Shown: positions 1-7,993 of the stretch, piece by piece
How positions within the stretch are numbered: position 1 is the stretch's first letter
Layout of the letters: every line of letters starts with the position of its first letter
DNA from: an uncultured Bacilli bacterium
GTDB taxonomy: Bacteria; Bacillota_I; Bacilli_A; RF39; UBA660
Length of the DNA stretch: 64,000 nucleotides
Direction of reading: 5' to 3'
Assembly: GCA_947632405.1 (NCBI GenBank)
Contig: CANRPE010000002.1
Span: 1,254 to 65,253, forward strand
Program-made: the position numbers and the translations under genes
The notes under the pieces: generated by a model
What the model saw: the letters and a program-made list of their open reading frames with translations, nothing else
Database searches by the model: none
What the model was told of the DNA's origin: nothing

Positions 1-1626
1 CGTTGCATTAGCAACATCCACACCTACTTCAATTACTGTTGTAGATATTAAAATTTGAATACTTCCTTGAACAAATTCTTGCATAATTAAATCTTTAGCG
101 CCACTTGCCATTTTACCATGAATAATATCGATTTTATATTTTTTACCAAATGCTAACATCATTTGATCTTTTAAATTATAAACCGTCACTATACTTTCAT
201 TTTCACTATCTTCAATCAATGGTGCAATAACATAAACTTGATGATTTTGCTTCAATTCATCTAACATCATTTGCAAAACATCTTTTATTTCATTATTACT
301 CTTTACATATGTTTTGATAGGTTGTCTACCTTTTGGTCTTTCTTTAATAATTGACATATCCATATCACCATAAATTGTTAATGCATAGGTTCTAGGAATT
401 GGAGTAGCACTCATATATAAAATATCTGGCTTAATTCCTTTATTTTGTAAATTTTCACGTTGATTTACTCCAAAACGATGTTGCTCATCAGTAATAACAA
501 GACCTAAATTACTATATTCGACTTCTTCTTGAATTAAAGCATGAGTTCCAATTATCATATCAATTTTTCCATCTTTTAATTCTTGATAAATTCTTTGTTT
601 TTCTTTTTTTATAGTAGAACCTGTAAGTAATTCTACAGATACTTTCTTATCTTTTAATAATTGTTTTAAATTATTATAATGTTGTACTGCTAAAATTTCT
701 GTAGGAGCCATTAAAGCACTTTGATAACCACTTAAATAACTAGCATACATTGCAATAAAAGAAACTATTGTTTTACCACTACCTACATCACCTTGCAATA
801 AACGATTCATTCTACAAGAACTTTCCAAATCATTTATTACATCATCTACTGCTGTTTTTTGATCTTTTGTTAATTCAAAAGGAATACTAGTAATAAACTT
901 ATTTAGCTTTTCTTTATCAATATTATGTTTAACACCTTTATTATTCTTTTTATTTTCATATTTTAAATAATTCATTTTAAACATAAAAGCAAATAATTCT
1001 TCATATTTTAATCTAATTGTTACTTCTTTTAATTTTTCTATAGTAGAAGGATTATGAATTATATTTAAAGCTGTTTTTTTATTTAAAAAATTATATTTTT
1101 TAATATATTCTTCTGGAATATAATCAGGAATTTCTTTTCCATAAAATAGTAATGCCATATTAATATAAGTTGCAATACTTTTATTTGTTAAACCACTTGT
1201 TGAATGATATACTGGTTCTATTTTTACCTTATTAGATAATGTTTCTAATTTTATTTCTGAAGCAGTAATTACATTTTTCTTTTTATCATATTTTCCAATA
1301 ACAGTAACTCCTGTACCTACCTGTAATTGATTTTTTAAAAATGCTCTATTAAAAATAGATACACCTACTACACCACTTTGAGTTACAAGTCTAAAATTCA
1401 TCTTATTTAAGCCTGCTTTAAATCTCATTAATATTGGAACACTTTCAATTTTACCATCAATAATAATATGACCCTGATCTTCTGTTTTTGTCAAATCACC
1501 ACGTTCTAAAACATCGTAACGAAATGGATAATGCGTAACTAAATCCTCTATCGTGTAAATATTGATTTTGTTTAATAAAGATAATGCTTTAGGTCCTACA
1601 CCTTTTACATTCTTTAGTTCAGTCAC
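1..1626 (-). CDS. recG: ATP-dependent DNA helicase RecG, first ~542 codons (3' end of the gene lies beyond position 1)
   Basis: Not in the ORF track because it runs off the window. The minus-strand reading starts at GTG 1626 with AAGGAAGTGA upstream and gives VTELKNVKGVGPKALSLL. Further in are LLQGDVGSGKT (Walker A), ITDEQHRFG (motif II) and MSATPIPRT. The frame stays open to position 1. Confidence 0.9.
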   Translation of the reverse strand, partial: MTELKNVKGVGPKALSLLNKINIYTIEDLVTHYPFRYDVLERGDLTKTEDQGHIIIDGKIESVPILMRFKAGLNKMNFRLVTQSGVVGVSIFNRAFLKNQLQVGTGVTVIGKYDKKKNVITASEIKLETLSNKVKIEPVYHSTSGLTNKSIATYINMALLFYGKEIPDYIPEEYIKKYNFLNKKTALNIIHNPSTIEKLKEVTIRLKYEELFAFMFKMNYLKYENKKNNKGVKHNIDKEKLNKFITSIPFELTKDQKTAVDDVINDLESSCRMNRLLQGDVGSGKTIVSFIAMYASYLSGYQSALMAPTEILAVQHYNNLKQLLKDKKVSVELLTGSTIKKEKQRIYQELKDGKIDMIIGTHALIQEEVEYSNLGLVITDEQHRFGVNQRENLQNKGIKPDILYMSATPIPRTYALTIYGDMDMSIIKERPKGRQPIKTYVKSNNEIKDVLQMMLDELKQNHQVYVIAPLIEDSENESIVTVYNLKDQMMLAFGKKYKIDIIHGKMASGAKDLIMQEFVQGSIQILISTTVIEVGVDVANAT

Positions 1627-1648
1627 GACTATCACTTCCTTCTCGCAT

Positions 1649-1676
1649 ATTATATCATAAAATAAATTTTTTTCAA
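1649..1676 (-). promoter_or_regulatory. Candidate sigma-A promoter for recG
   Basis: The minus strand reads TTGAAA (1676-1671), a 16-nt spacer, then TGATATAAT (extended -10; TATAAT at 1654-1649). This lies about 25 nt upstream of the RBS and GTG. Confidence 0.4.
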
Positions 1677-1700
1677 AGAAAAAAGAAAGAATTTTCTTTC

Positions 1701-2507
1701 CTATTTTTCATAAAAATAATTCTTTAAATATTTTTCTATTCCCTTATGATTACAATCTTCTGTAATGAATTTTGCTTTCTTTTTAATACCTTTACTTGCA
1801 TTTTCTAAAGCAATACCTAAACCTACATTTTCTATTATTGGAATATCACTATCTTCATATCCAAAAGCAATAACATTATCTAAATTCAATTTAGGAGCAA
1901 TTTTCTTTAAAGAATCTAATTTATTAACATCTATATGAGTAATTTCTATAACATAATATTGTCTATCTATTTTGCTATTAACATTTATCTTTAAATTAAA
2001 ACTATTTAATTTTTTAATTGCTTTTTTGACTTGTGCTAATTCTTGAAAATATAATTCTATTTTATAAATATTGGTCTTATTATTTTCTATAAATTTAGTA
2101 TAATCTTGTATTTTAATAAAATCATATAATCTTATTAAATTATCTGCCTCATTAATCAAATTCCATCTATAATCATCTACTAAATAAATTATTGCTTCAT
2201 TATAAAATTCTTTTACTATTTTTTTTATATTACTAAATAAAATATTTTTCTTGTAAATAACTTTTTCATTGATAGAATCATAAATATATGAAGCATTAGC
2301 ACAAATGATATAATCGATAAAAGGAAAATCACGATTATAATCTAATATTGATTTTAAGCATCTTGACGTTATTACTGCAAATTTATTATTTTTTCTCCTT
2401 AAATCATCAATTAGCATTACAGTAGATACAGGTATTTCTTCTTCATCATTGATAAGACAATTATCAAAAGAACTAACAATTAACTTTTGCATTTTAGTAA
2501 ACCCCAC
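1701..2507 (-). CDS. HAD-superfamily hydrolase, Cof-type (IIB) fold, with an atypical motif I
   Basis: The C-terminal FGYEDSDIPIIENVGLGIALENASKGIKKKAKFIT matches Cof/HAD-IIB motif IV and its context. The N-terminal motif I reads FDNCL rather than DxDGTL. The true start is probably the internal MQKL. Confidence 0.7.
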   Translation of the reverse strand: MGFTKMQKLIVSSFDNCLINDEEEIPVSTVMLIDDLRRKNNKFAVITSRCLKSILDYNRDFPFIDYIICANASYIYDSINEKVIYKKNILFSNIKKIVKEFYNEAIIYLVDDYRWNLINEADNLIRLYDFIKIQDYTKFIENNKTNIYKIELYFQELAQVKKAIKKLNSFNLKINVNSKIDRQYYVIEITHIDVNKLDSLKKIAPKLNLDNVIAFGYEDSDIPIIENVGLGIALENASKGIKKKAKFITEDCNHKGIEKYLKNYFYEK

Positions 2508-3097
2508 TTTCTTACTACTTTATCAAAAATAATTAAATAACAACTAGATACTATATATCCTGAAATAATATCAGTAAAATAATGTACACCTAAATATATC
2601 CTTGATAAACCAATTAAAAAAATTAATCCACCTAATATAATAGTAATTATTATTTTTATTTTTTTATTATTAAAATAATTCCAAACTAAATAAATAAAAG
2701 ATCCATATATAGCCATAGATATCATAGCATGAGCACTAGGATAACTATAATTTACTACATTTACTAAATGAATAAATACAGTTGGTCTTTCTCTTTTAAA
2801 GATAAATTTTAATACTAAATTTAAAATTTCTACATTAATTCCAATAATAGTTGGAATTAATATCATAATTTTGTTTTTTATAAAAATAAAAAATAAAATT
2901 AATAATATACAAATTATTTTAATATCAGCAAATTCTGTTATAAATTTAAAAAAACTAGTTAAATTCTTTGTTTTAAAAGAACTAATAAAATTATATATAT
3001 TAGTATCTAAAACTAAAGTATTATCATTAATTACAAAAAAAGTAATTACTATAAAAGATACTAATAATATTATGAAAATAATATCTACTTTTTTCAT
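2480..3097 (-). CDS. PAP2-family lipid phosphatase (membrane)
   Basis: Carries the PAP2 signature triad KRERP ... PSAHA ... SRIYLGVHYFTD and is polytopic and hydrophobic. Confidence 0.8.
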   Translation of the reverse strand: MKKVDIIFIILLVSFIVITFFVINDNTLVLDTNIYNFISSFKTKNLTSFFKFITEFADIKIICILLILFFIFIKNKIMILIPTIIGINVEILNLVLKFIFKRERPTVFIHLVNVVNYSYPSAHAMISMAIYGSFIYLVWNYFNNKKIKIIITIILGGLIFLIGLSRIYLGVHYFTDIISGYIVSSCYLIIFDKVVRKWGLLKCKS

Positions 3098-3157
3098 TAT
3101 TTCACCTATTAATATTATAACTTATTTTCAGATGAAAAAAAAGTAACTAAGTTACTT

Positions 3158-4054
3158 TTAAAAACTTTGATAAACAAAATATACACTTACTCCAATTATT
3201 ACTATTAAAATAATAACTAATATTATTTTTATAATTAAAGGAATTTTCTTTTCTTCATCATCACTATTAAAAAAGTCTTTATCTGATAAATCCATTGATT
3301 TAGTATAAAAAGATTTATCGATATCTTTCATAATATCACTAGTTGTATCTTTATCAAAATTAGAATCTTTTTTAGCATCTTCTATTTTCTTTAAAGATTC
3401 TTTATCTAAAATATCTTTTGATAATTCTAATTTATCATTTGTTTCTTGTAGTTTTTCTGTTTCAATTTTATCTGATACATTAGTAGCCATTAAATCACTT
3501 AATAGATCAAGACTAGCTTCTTTTGAAATTTCCCCTGCCATAGTTTTTGATGCTATTGTATCAATTAAATCTCTTATTTCATTTTCATCTGGTTTTAATC
3601 TTTTTTGTTTTTCTTGACGATATTTTTCAAGTTCTTCGGGATTAAGAGAAGCTAAAATATTATAATTAGTATTTTTTAATTTTCTCATTTCTTCTAAAGC
3701 ATCTTTTTCTTTTCTATTTTCTTTAGCTTTTTCTAGAACACTATTAATATCATAAATTCTATTTTCATGATCTTGATATAAATAATTAAAATCTTCTAAT
3801 TCTTTTTTTACTCTTGTTTGAGGGGTAATATTAGTAAATTCTTTCATTGCTTGATAATTTTCCCTAGTATAATTATCTTTCTTTGATGGATTAATCATAT
3901 AGGCATTACTTTTACTAACATCAGTAAAAGTAGTGTACTTTTTATTAGTACCTATATTTTGGTATAATTCTTGATTTTTATTTAGTCTATTTGATTTTGT
4001 TTGATCACTATCAATATTTTTATAACGATCCATTCTACTTCTCATTGCATACAC
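3158..4054 (-). CDS. Hypothetical coiled-coil protein with a C-terminal transmembrane anchor
   Basis: Long ORF with a Lys/Glu-rich body and a single hydrophobic C-terminal segment, IPLIIKIILVIILIVIIGVSVYFVY. I recognise no family. Confidence 0.45.
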   Translation of the reverse strand: MYAMRSRMDRYKNIDSDQTKSNRLNKNQELYQNIGTNKKYTTFTDVSKSNAYMINPSKKDNYTRENYQAMKEFTNITPQTRVKKELEDFNYLYQDHENRIYDINSVLEKAKENRKEKDALEEMRKLKNTNYNILASLNPEELEKYRQEKQKRLKPDENEIRDLIDTIASKTMAGEISKEASLDLLSDLMATNVSDKIETEKLQETNDKLELSKDILDKESLKKIEDAKKDSNFDKDTTSDIMKDIDKSFYTKSMDLSDKDFFNSDDEEKKIPLIIKIILVIILIVIIGVSVYFVYQSF

Positions 4055-4116
4055 CCTCTTAACTAAAGAATATCATATAAATCTTGATTTTTTAATAAAT
4101 ATTAATAAATAGATAT

Positions 4117-4136
4117 TTTTCTTTACGTAAAGAAAA
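4117..4136. promoter_or_regulatory. Perfect 18-20 bp palindrome (candidate operator) overlapping the -35 of the ferredoxin promoter
   Basis: TTTCTTTAC|GTAAAGAAA at 4118-4135 is a perfect inverted repeat, extendable by 1 bp on each side. It is followed by a 17-nt spacer and TATAAT about 30 nt upstream of the fer RBS AAAGGAGAAG. Confidence 0.35.
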
Positions 4137-4180
4137 TATTTATGTATAATAAAATTAAATAACAGAAAAGGAGAAGAAGT

Positions 4181-4369
4181 ATGAAAGTTAAAGTTAATCA
4201 AGATGCTTGCATTGGATGTGGTGCTTGTGTTGCTATCTGCGATGAAGTATTTGAAATAAATGATGAAGGATTATCTTCTGTAAAAGTTGATACTGTTAGC
4301 GACAACAGTAAAGATAGTGCAATTGAAGCAATGGAATCATGTCCTACAGGAGCAATTGAAGAAGAATAA
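4181..4369 (+). CDS. Small single-cluster [4Fe-4S] ferredoxin
   Basis: 62 aa with CIGCGACVAIC ... CP cysteine spacing and a strong RBS, GGAGAAG. Confidence 0.85.
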   Translation: MKVKVNQDACIGCGACVAICDEVFEINDEGLSSVKVDTVSDNSKDSAIEAMESCPTGAIEEE

Positions 4370-4405
4370 AAAAATTCTAGTAAACTTAGTTTACTAGGAT
4401 TTTTT

Positions 4406-5071
4406 TTACATTTCTTGATTGAAATTATTTAAAAATTGACTTAAATTATTAATACCTTGACTTACATTATCCATGAAATTGCTTTGTTGAGATTGATTTT
4501 TTAATTGTGGTTTTTTTGAAAACATTTCATCATAATATTCAAATAACTCTTTAAATCTATTAAAATGAACTACTTCTCTTTGTCTTAACCAAAGTAGTGG
4601 TCCTATTACATCTGGATCATCTGTTAAATCTATTAAGTTTTCATATACAGCACGTGCTTTTTGTTCAGCAGCCATATCTTCAGAAATATCTGCCAATGGA
4701 TCTCCAGTTGTAGCAAAATAAGTAACTGTAAATGGAACTCCATTTGCATCAGTTGGATATAATGCTTTATTATGTTCTGCATAATGAGGATCTAACCCTG
4801 CTGCTTTGATTTCTTCTATCGTTGCATCTTTCATTAATTGATAAACCATAGTAGCTATCATTTCAATATGAGCAAGTTCTTCTGTTCCAATATCAGTAAG
4901 TAGAGCCTTACCTTTATTATCAGGCATTGTATATCTTTGATTTAAATAACGAAGTGCTGCAGCTAATTCACCATTACTTCCTCCATATTGAGTAATTAAA
5001 AGTTTTGCCATTCGCAAATCTTTTTTCTTAATATTAACTGGATATTGTAATCTTTTTTGATAAGCCCACAT
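4406..5071 (-). CDS. cotJC: Spore coat protein CotJC (manganese-catalase family)
   Basis: N-terminus MWAYQKRLQYPV..LITQYGGSNGELAAALRYLNQRY and EELAHIEMI are typical of CotJC/Mn-catalase. It sits directly downstream of cotJB. Confidence 0.85.
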   Translation of the reverse strand: MWAYQKRLQYPVNIKKKDLRMAKLLITQYGGSNGELAAALRYLNQRYTMPDNKGKALLTDIGTEELAHIEMIATMVYQLMKDATIEEIKAAGLDPHYAEHNKALYPTDANGVPFTVTYFATTGDPLADISEDMAAEQKARAVYENLIDLTDDPDVIGPLLWLRQREVVHFNRFKELFEYYDEMFSKKPQLKNQSQQSNFMDNVSQGINNLSQFLNNFNQEM

Positions 5072-5502
5072 TATTTTTTAGAACCTCCTTCCCATGGCCA
5101 TGCATCTTTTTCCCATAAGAAACTAGATGACATTTCATCACTAGAAACTGTTAATGGTCCATATTTGTTTTCATATTCCATCATTAACTGATTTGTTTTC
5201 ATCCTATAATCATTAAATAATGTAAGCATTGTAGTATCTTCTGGATGAAGGTCTAAATATAAATTTAATTCATGAGCTGCAAAAGCATATCTAGATAATT
5301 CTAAAAATAAAGCTTCTTTTTCATTTTTTGCTTGTAATTTTGTAGGTTGATAATTTTTATAACCAACGTATAAGTTAGCAAATAAATTTCCTCTATCATA
5401 CCCTTCTTCTGGAGTATATAGATTAGGTTGATTATTCATCATATTATTAGGTGTAGTATTTCTGAAATAATCATTTCCTATATATTTGTTATAATTGTAC
5501 AT
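5071..5502 (-). CDS. cotJB: Spore coat protein CotJB with an N-terminal CotJA-like extension
   Basis: The C-terminal part, LSRYAFAAHELNLYLDLHPED..LFNDY, matches CotJB. The N-terminal PNLYTPEEGYDRGNLFANLY resembles the CotJA core. Its stop overlaps the cotJC start by 1 nt. Confidence 0.7.
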   Translation of the reverse strand: MYNYNKYIGNDYFRNTTPNNMMNNQPNLYTPEEGYDRGNLFANLYVGYKNYQPTKLQAKNEKEALFLELSRYAFAAHELNLYLDLHPEDTTMLTLFNDYRMKTNQLMMEYENKYGPLTVSSDEMSSSFLWEKDAWPWEGGSKK

Positions 5503-5629
5503 ATTTTCCTCCTTCTCTTTAATTTATTCTATTAGGAAAATAGTGTATGGACAAATAACTAAATAATGAAAAAACACTTGATTTTTTAGAGATTTTATAA
5601 TAAACTATAATAGTCTTTAATAGTTATAT

Positions 5630-5706
5630 GGCGTCATTGGTGAAGTGGTTAACACGCTGGTTTGTGGCACCAGTATGCAAGAGTTCGATCCTCTTATGGC
5701 GCCCCA
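5630..5706 (+). tRNA. tRNA-His (anticodon GTG) with encoded G-1 and encoded CCA
   Basis: Cloverleaf read by hand. The acceptor GCGTCAT pairs with ATGGCGC, and the extra 5' G (5630) is opposite C73. The anticodon stem is CTGGT/ACCAG with loop TTGTGGC. The T-arm contains GTTCGATCC. The 3' end is CCA. Confidence 0.9.
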
Positions 5707-5760
5707 TATAAGTGGATTGTCGTACTAATTAAATTTAGATACGATTTACACATAGAAAAA

Positions 5761-5791
5761 GGACTAACATAAATCGTTAGTTCTTTTTTTT
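5761..5791 (+). terminator. Intrinsic terminator after tRNA-His
   Basis: GGACTAAC / GTTAGTTC stem (one G-U pair), a 7-nt loop, then T8. Confidence 0.55.
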
Positions 5792-5806
5792 ATTAAAGAT
5801 AAAAAT

Positions 5807-5836
5807 AAAAGCTACACTTTTTTTGTGTACGCTTTT
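5807..5836 (-). terminator. Probable terminator after the M15 peptidase gene
   Basis: The minus strand reads AAAAGCGTACAC-A7-GTGTAGCTTTT followed by ATTTTTAT. The stem has one bulge. Confidence 0.4.
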
Positions 5837-5864
5837 ATCTTATAACTTAATTTATCTTTTTTAT

Positions 5865-7613
5865 TTAACTAATTTTAAAAGAATTATAAGTACTAGATTT
5901 ATAATCATCTTCTTGAAAATGCCACCACTCTGATTTTAAAGTTTCAAAGCCTACTGATGTCATAATATTATTTAATTTTTTAGCAACAGCATTATTATAT
6001 TTTGTAACTGATCTAGCATCTAAAGTATGCATAGTTGTTTGAGCATTTAATTCTATATTGTTTTTGTCAGTTAATGTTAAATCAAGGGCAGCTCCTCTAT
6101 TATGCATTGAAATGCTGTTAGCTAAAAACCAACTTGTTCCCCAGTAACTACCATCTTTATCATAATTTACTGCTTTTTTTACTTTTTTATTTGAATTATA
6201 TAATTGTTTAAATTCTTTATTTATTTTCTTTGAAATATCATATGGTCGATAAGTATCATATATTTTTAAATTATAACCTTGTTTTACAGCTTTATTATAA
6301 GCTTTTTGTAATTGTTTTGCTACAGGATATAATAATGGTACATAATAAGTAGTTTTATTTATTTTTTCGTTATATTTCATACTATAACCATATAAATTTT
6401 TACCAGTAATATTTGGAATATTTACACCTGCTGATCTATAAATTGATTTATTAGCATTACTAATATTATAAATTATATCTGGAATAATATCAGGTAGATT
6501 AATATAAATATAATTAGAATAAACATACCCTACTATATTTCTATACTTTACTTTAATATATTTTGTTGATGAATTTTCAGCAGATAAAATTTTCATTTTT
6601 CCACCTGTTTTAATAGTACCAAGTACTTTACTATTTTGATTAGCTTCTTTTCTAATATTAATATTTTGATTTGCCCAAGCAATTGCACCATATAAAGTTG
6701 CACTAAAGTTACCTACTTTTTCTTGAGCTACTCCATTATTATTTAAATATATATAATCGATGTAAGTATTAGTTAGCTTCTTATTATTTTTATAATAATA
6801 TTTTTTATTATTAATTGTGTACCAACCGTTTTTAATTTCTTCTTGAGCTACAGAATTACTAGGTTGAGATGGTAAAGGTTGAGTAGGTATTTGTTGTTCA
6901 GAAGTTACTTGATTAGAAGGTGGATTTTCATTATTAACTAAAGAATCATCTTTAATAGAATTATTTGAATTACTAGATGGATTAATTTGAATATTATTTT
7001 TATATTCAACACTACCTGAAATTGTACTACTATTAGAGTTCGTTTGTTCTTGATTATTATAAGTTGTATTATTTTTACTTAAAACTGTCACTTTTAAAGT
7101 TCCACTTCCAACATTTTTTACAGTAATTGTAATAGTACACTCTCCTACATTAACAGCAGTAACTACTCCTGTTTTTGAAACAATTGCTATATTCTTATTA
7201 CTTGATTGATAAGAAATTTCTTGTTCTGTAGCATTACTTGGTATAATAGTAGTAATAAGTTGTGTAGTATCTCCAATATAAAGACGATTATTTGGAATTT
7301 TTACATTAAAACTATCTACTGGAATATAATTATAATTTTGATTAACAGTTTCACTAGACTCTAAATTAGTTTCTTGATTTTCTTGACTTTCTTGTTGTGG
7401 TGCTTGTTCAATATTTTCTGTTTTATCTAAATCTTGAGTAGTTTTTTCTTGGTGTGTTTTATTATCTTCTATTGGCTTTTTTACTTCATCTTTAATTTTT
7501 GTTTTTGATTGATTATTTTTAGTTACATTCTTACTAAAAGCAAAAGTCAAACAACCTAAACCTATCATACAGACTAAAAATATAATTACTATTTTTTTAA
7601 TTGTAATTTCCAT
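5865..7613 (-). CDS. Secreted or anchored cell-wall peptidase: Big_2 Ig-like domain, SH3-like domain and C-terminal M15 (VanX/VanY-type D-Ala-D-Ala) peptidase
   Basis: Has an N-terminal hydrophobic anchor. IAIVSKTGVVTAVNVGECTITITV is Big_2-like. The KVLGTIKTGGKMKIL..GYVYSNYI stretch is SH3-like. The C-terminal YDTYRP ... SMHNRGAALDLTL ... SEWWHFQ is the M15 zinc-ligand pattern. Confidence 0.7.
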   Translation of the reverse strand: MEITIKKIVIIFLVCMIGLGCLTFAFSKNVTKNNQSKTKIKDEVKKPIEDNKTHQEKTTQDLDKTENIEQAPQQESQENQETNLESSETVNQNYNYIPVDSFNVKIPNNRLYIGDTTQLITTIIPSNATEQEISYQSSNKNIAIVSKTGVVTAVNVGECTITITVKNVGSGTLKVTVLSKNNTTYNNQEQTNSNSSTISGSVEYKNNIQINPSSNSNNSIKDDSLVNNENPPSNQVTSEQQIPTQPLPSQPSNSVAQEEIKNGWYTINNKKYYYKNNKKLTNTYIDYIYLNNNGVAQEKVGNFSATLYGAIAWANQNINIRKEANQNSKVLGTIKTGGKMKILSAENSSTKYIKVKYRNIVGYVYSNYIYINLPDIIPDIIYNISNANKSIYRSAGVNIPNITGKNLYGYSMKYNEKINKTTYYVPLLYPVAKQLQKAYNKAVKQGYNLKIYDTYRPYDISKKINKEFKQLYNSNKKVKKAVNYDKDGSYWGTSWFLANSISMHNRGAALDLTLTDKNNIELNAQTTMHTLDARSVTKYNNAVAKKLNNIMTSVGFETLKSEWWHFQEDDYKSSTYNSFKIS

Positions 7614-7744
7614 AAAAAATCCCCCTCTAAGTGTTTGTTATTATAACACTAAAACGAATTTTAGACAAGTATAAAATTTTAGGTATCCATTATTGTTCTT
7701 TTTTTTATATTTAAATATAATATAGTGAAAGGAGAAATGATTAT

Positions 7745-7909
7745 ATGTATATGTATGGATACCCAGCATATAATACTTGTTGTGGAAATTCTGGAAATAA
7801 TGATGGTTATGGTGCTGGCTGGTGGTTATGGGCTATTATTATTGTTATCATCATCATATTCTTCTTATTTCCAGGAAATGGATTTAGAGGAAACCAAAAT
7901 TTTAACTAA
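7745..7909 (+). CDS. YjcZ-like small sporulation membrane peptide (54 aa), missed by the ORF track
   Basis: AAAGGAGAAATGATTAT precedes the ATG at 7745. The translation is MYMYGYPAYNTCCGNSGNNDGYGAGWWLWAIIIVIIIIFFLFPGNGFRGNQNFN, a Gly/Tyr/Asn-rich head followed by one hydrophobic helix, as in YjcZ-family peptides. A clean terminator follows. Confidence 0.6.
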   Translation: MYMYGYPAYNTCCGNSGNNDGYGAGWWLWAIIIVIIIIFFLFPGNGFRGNQNFN

Positions 7910-7930
7910 TTATTTTTTATTGTCTCCTCA

Positions 7931-7960
7931 TAAGCACAGTAATATGTGCTTATTTTTTTT
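7931..7960 (+). terminator. Intrinsic terminator after the YjcZ-like gene
   Basis: TAAGCACA / TGTGCTTA perfect 8-bp stem, a 6-nt loop, then T8. Confidence 0.6.
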
Positions 7961-7970
7961 ATTTCATTGT

Positions 7971-7993
7971 AAAAAAAGAAACCTTAAGGTTTC
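7971..7993 (-). terminator. Intrinsic terminator after aspS
   Basis: The minus strand reads AGAAACC-TTAA-GGTTTCT followed by T7, starting right after the aspS stop. Confidence 0.6.
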
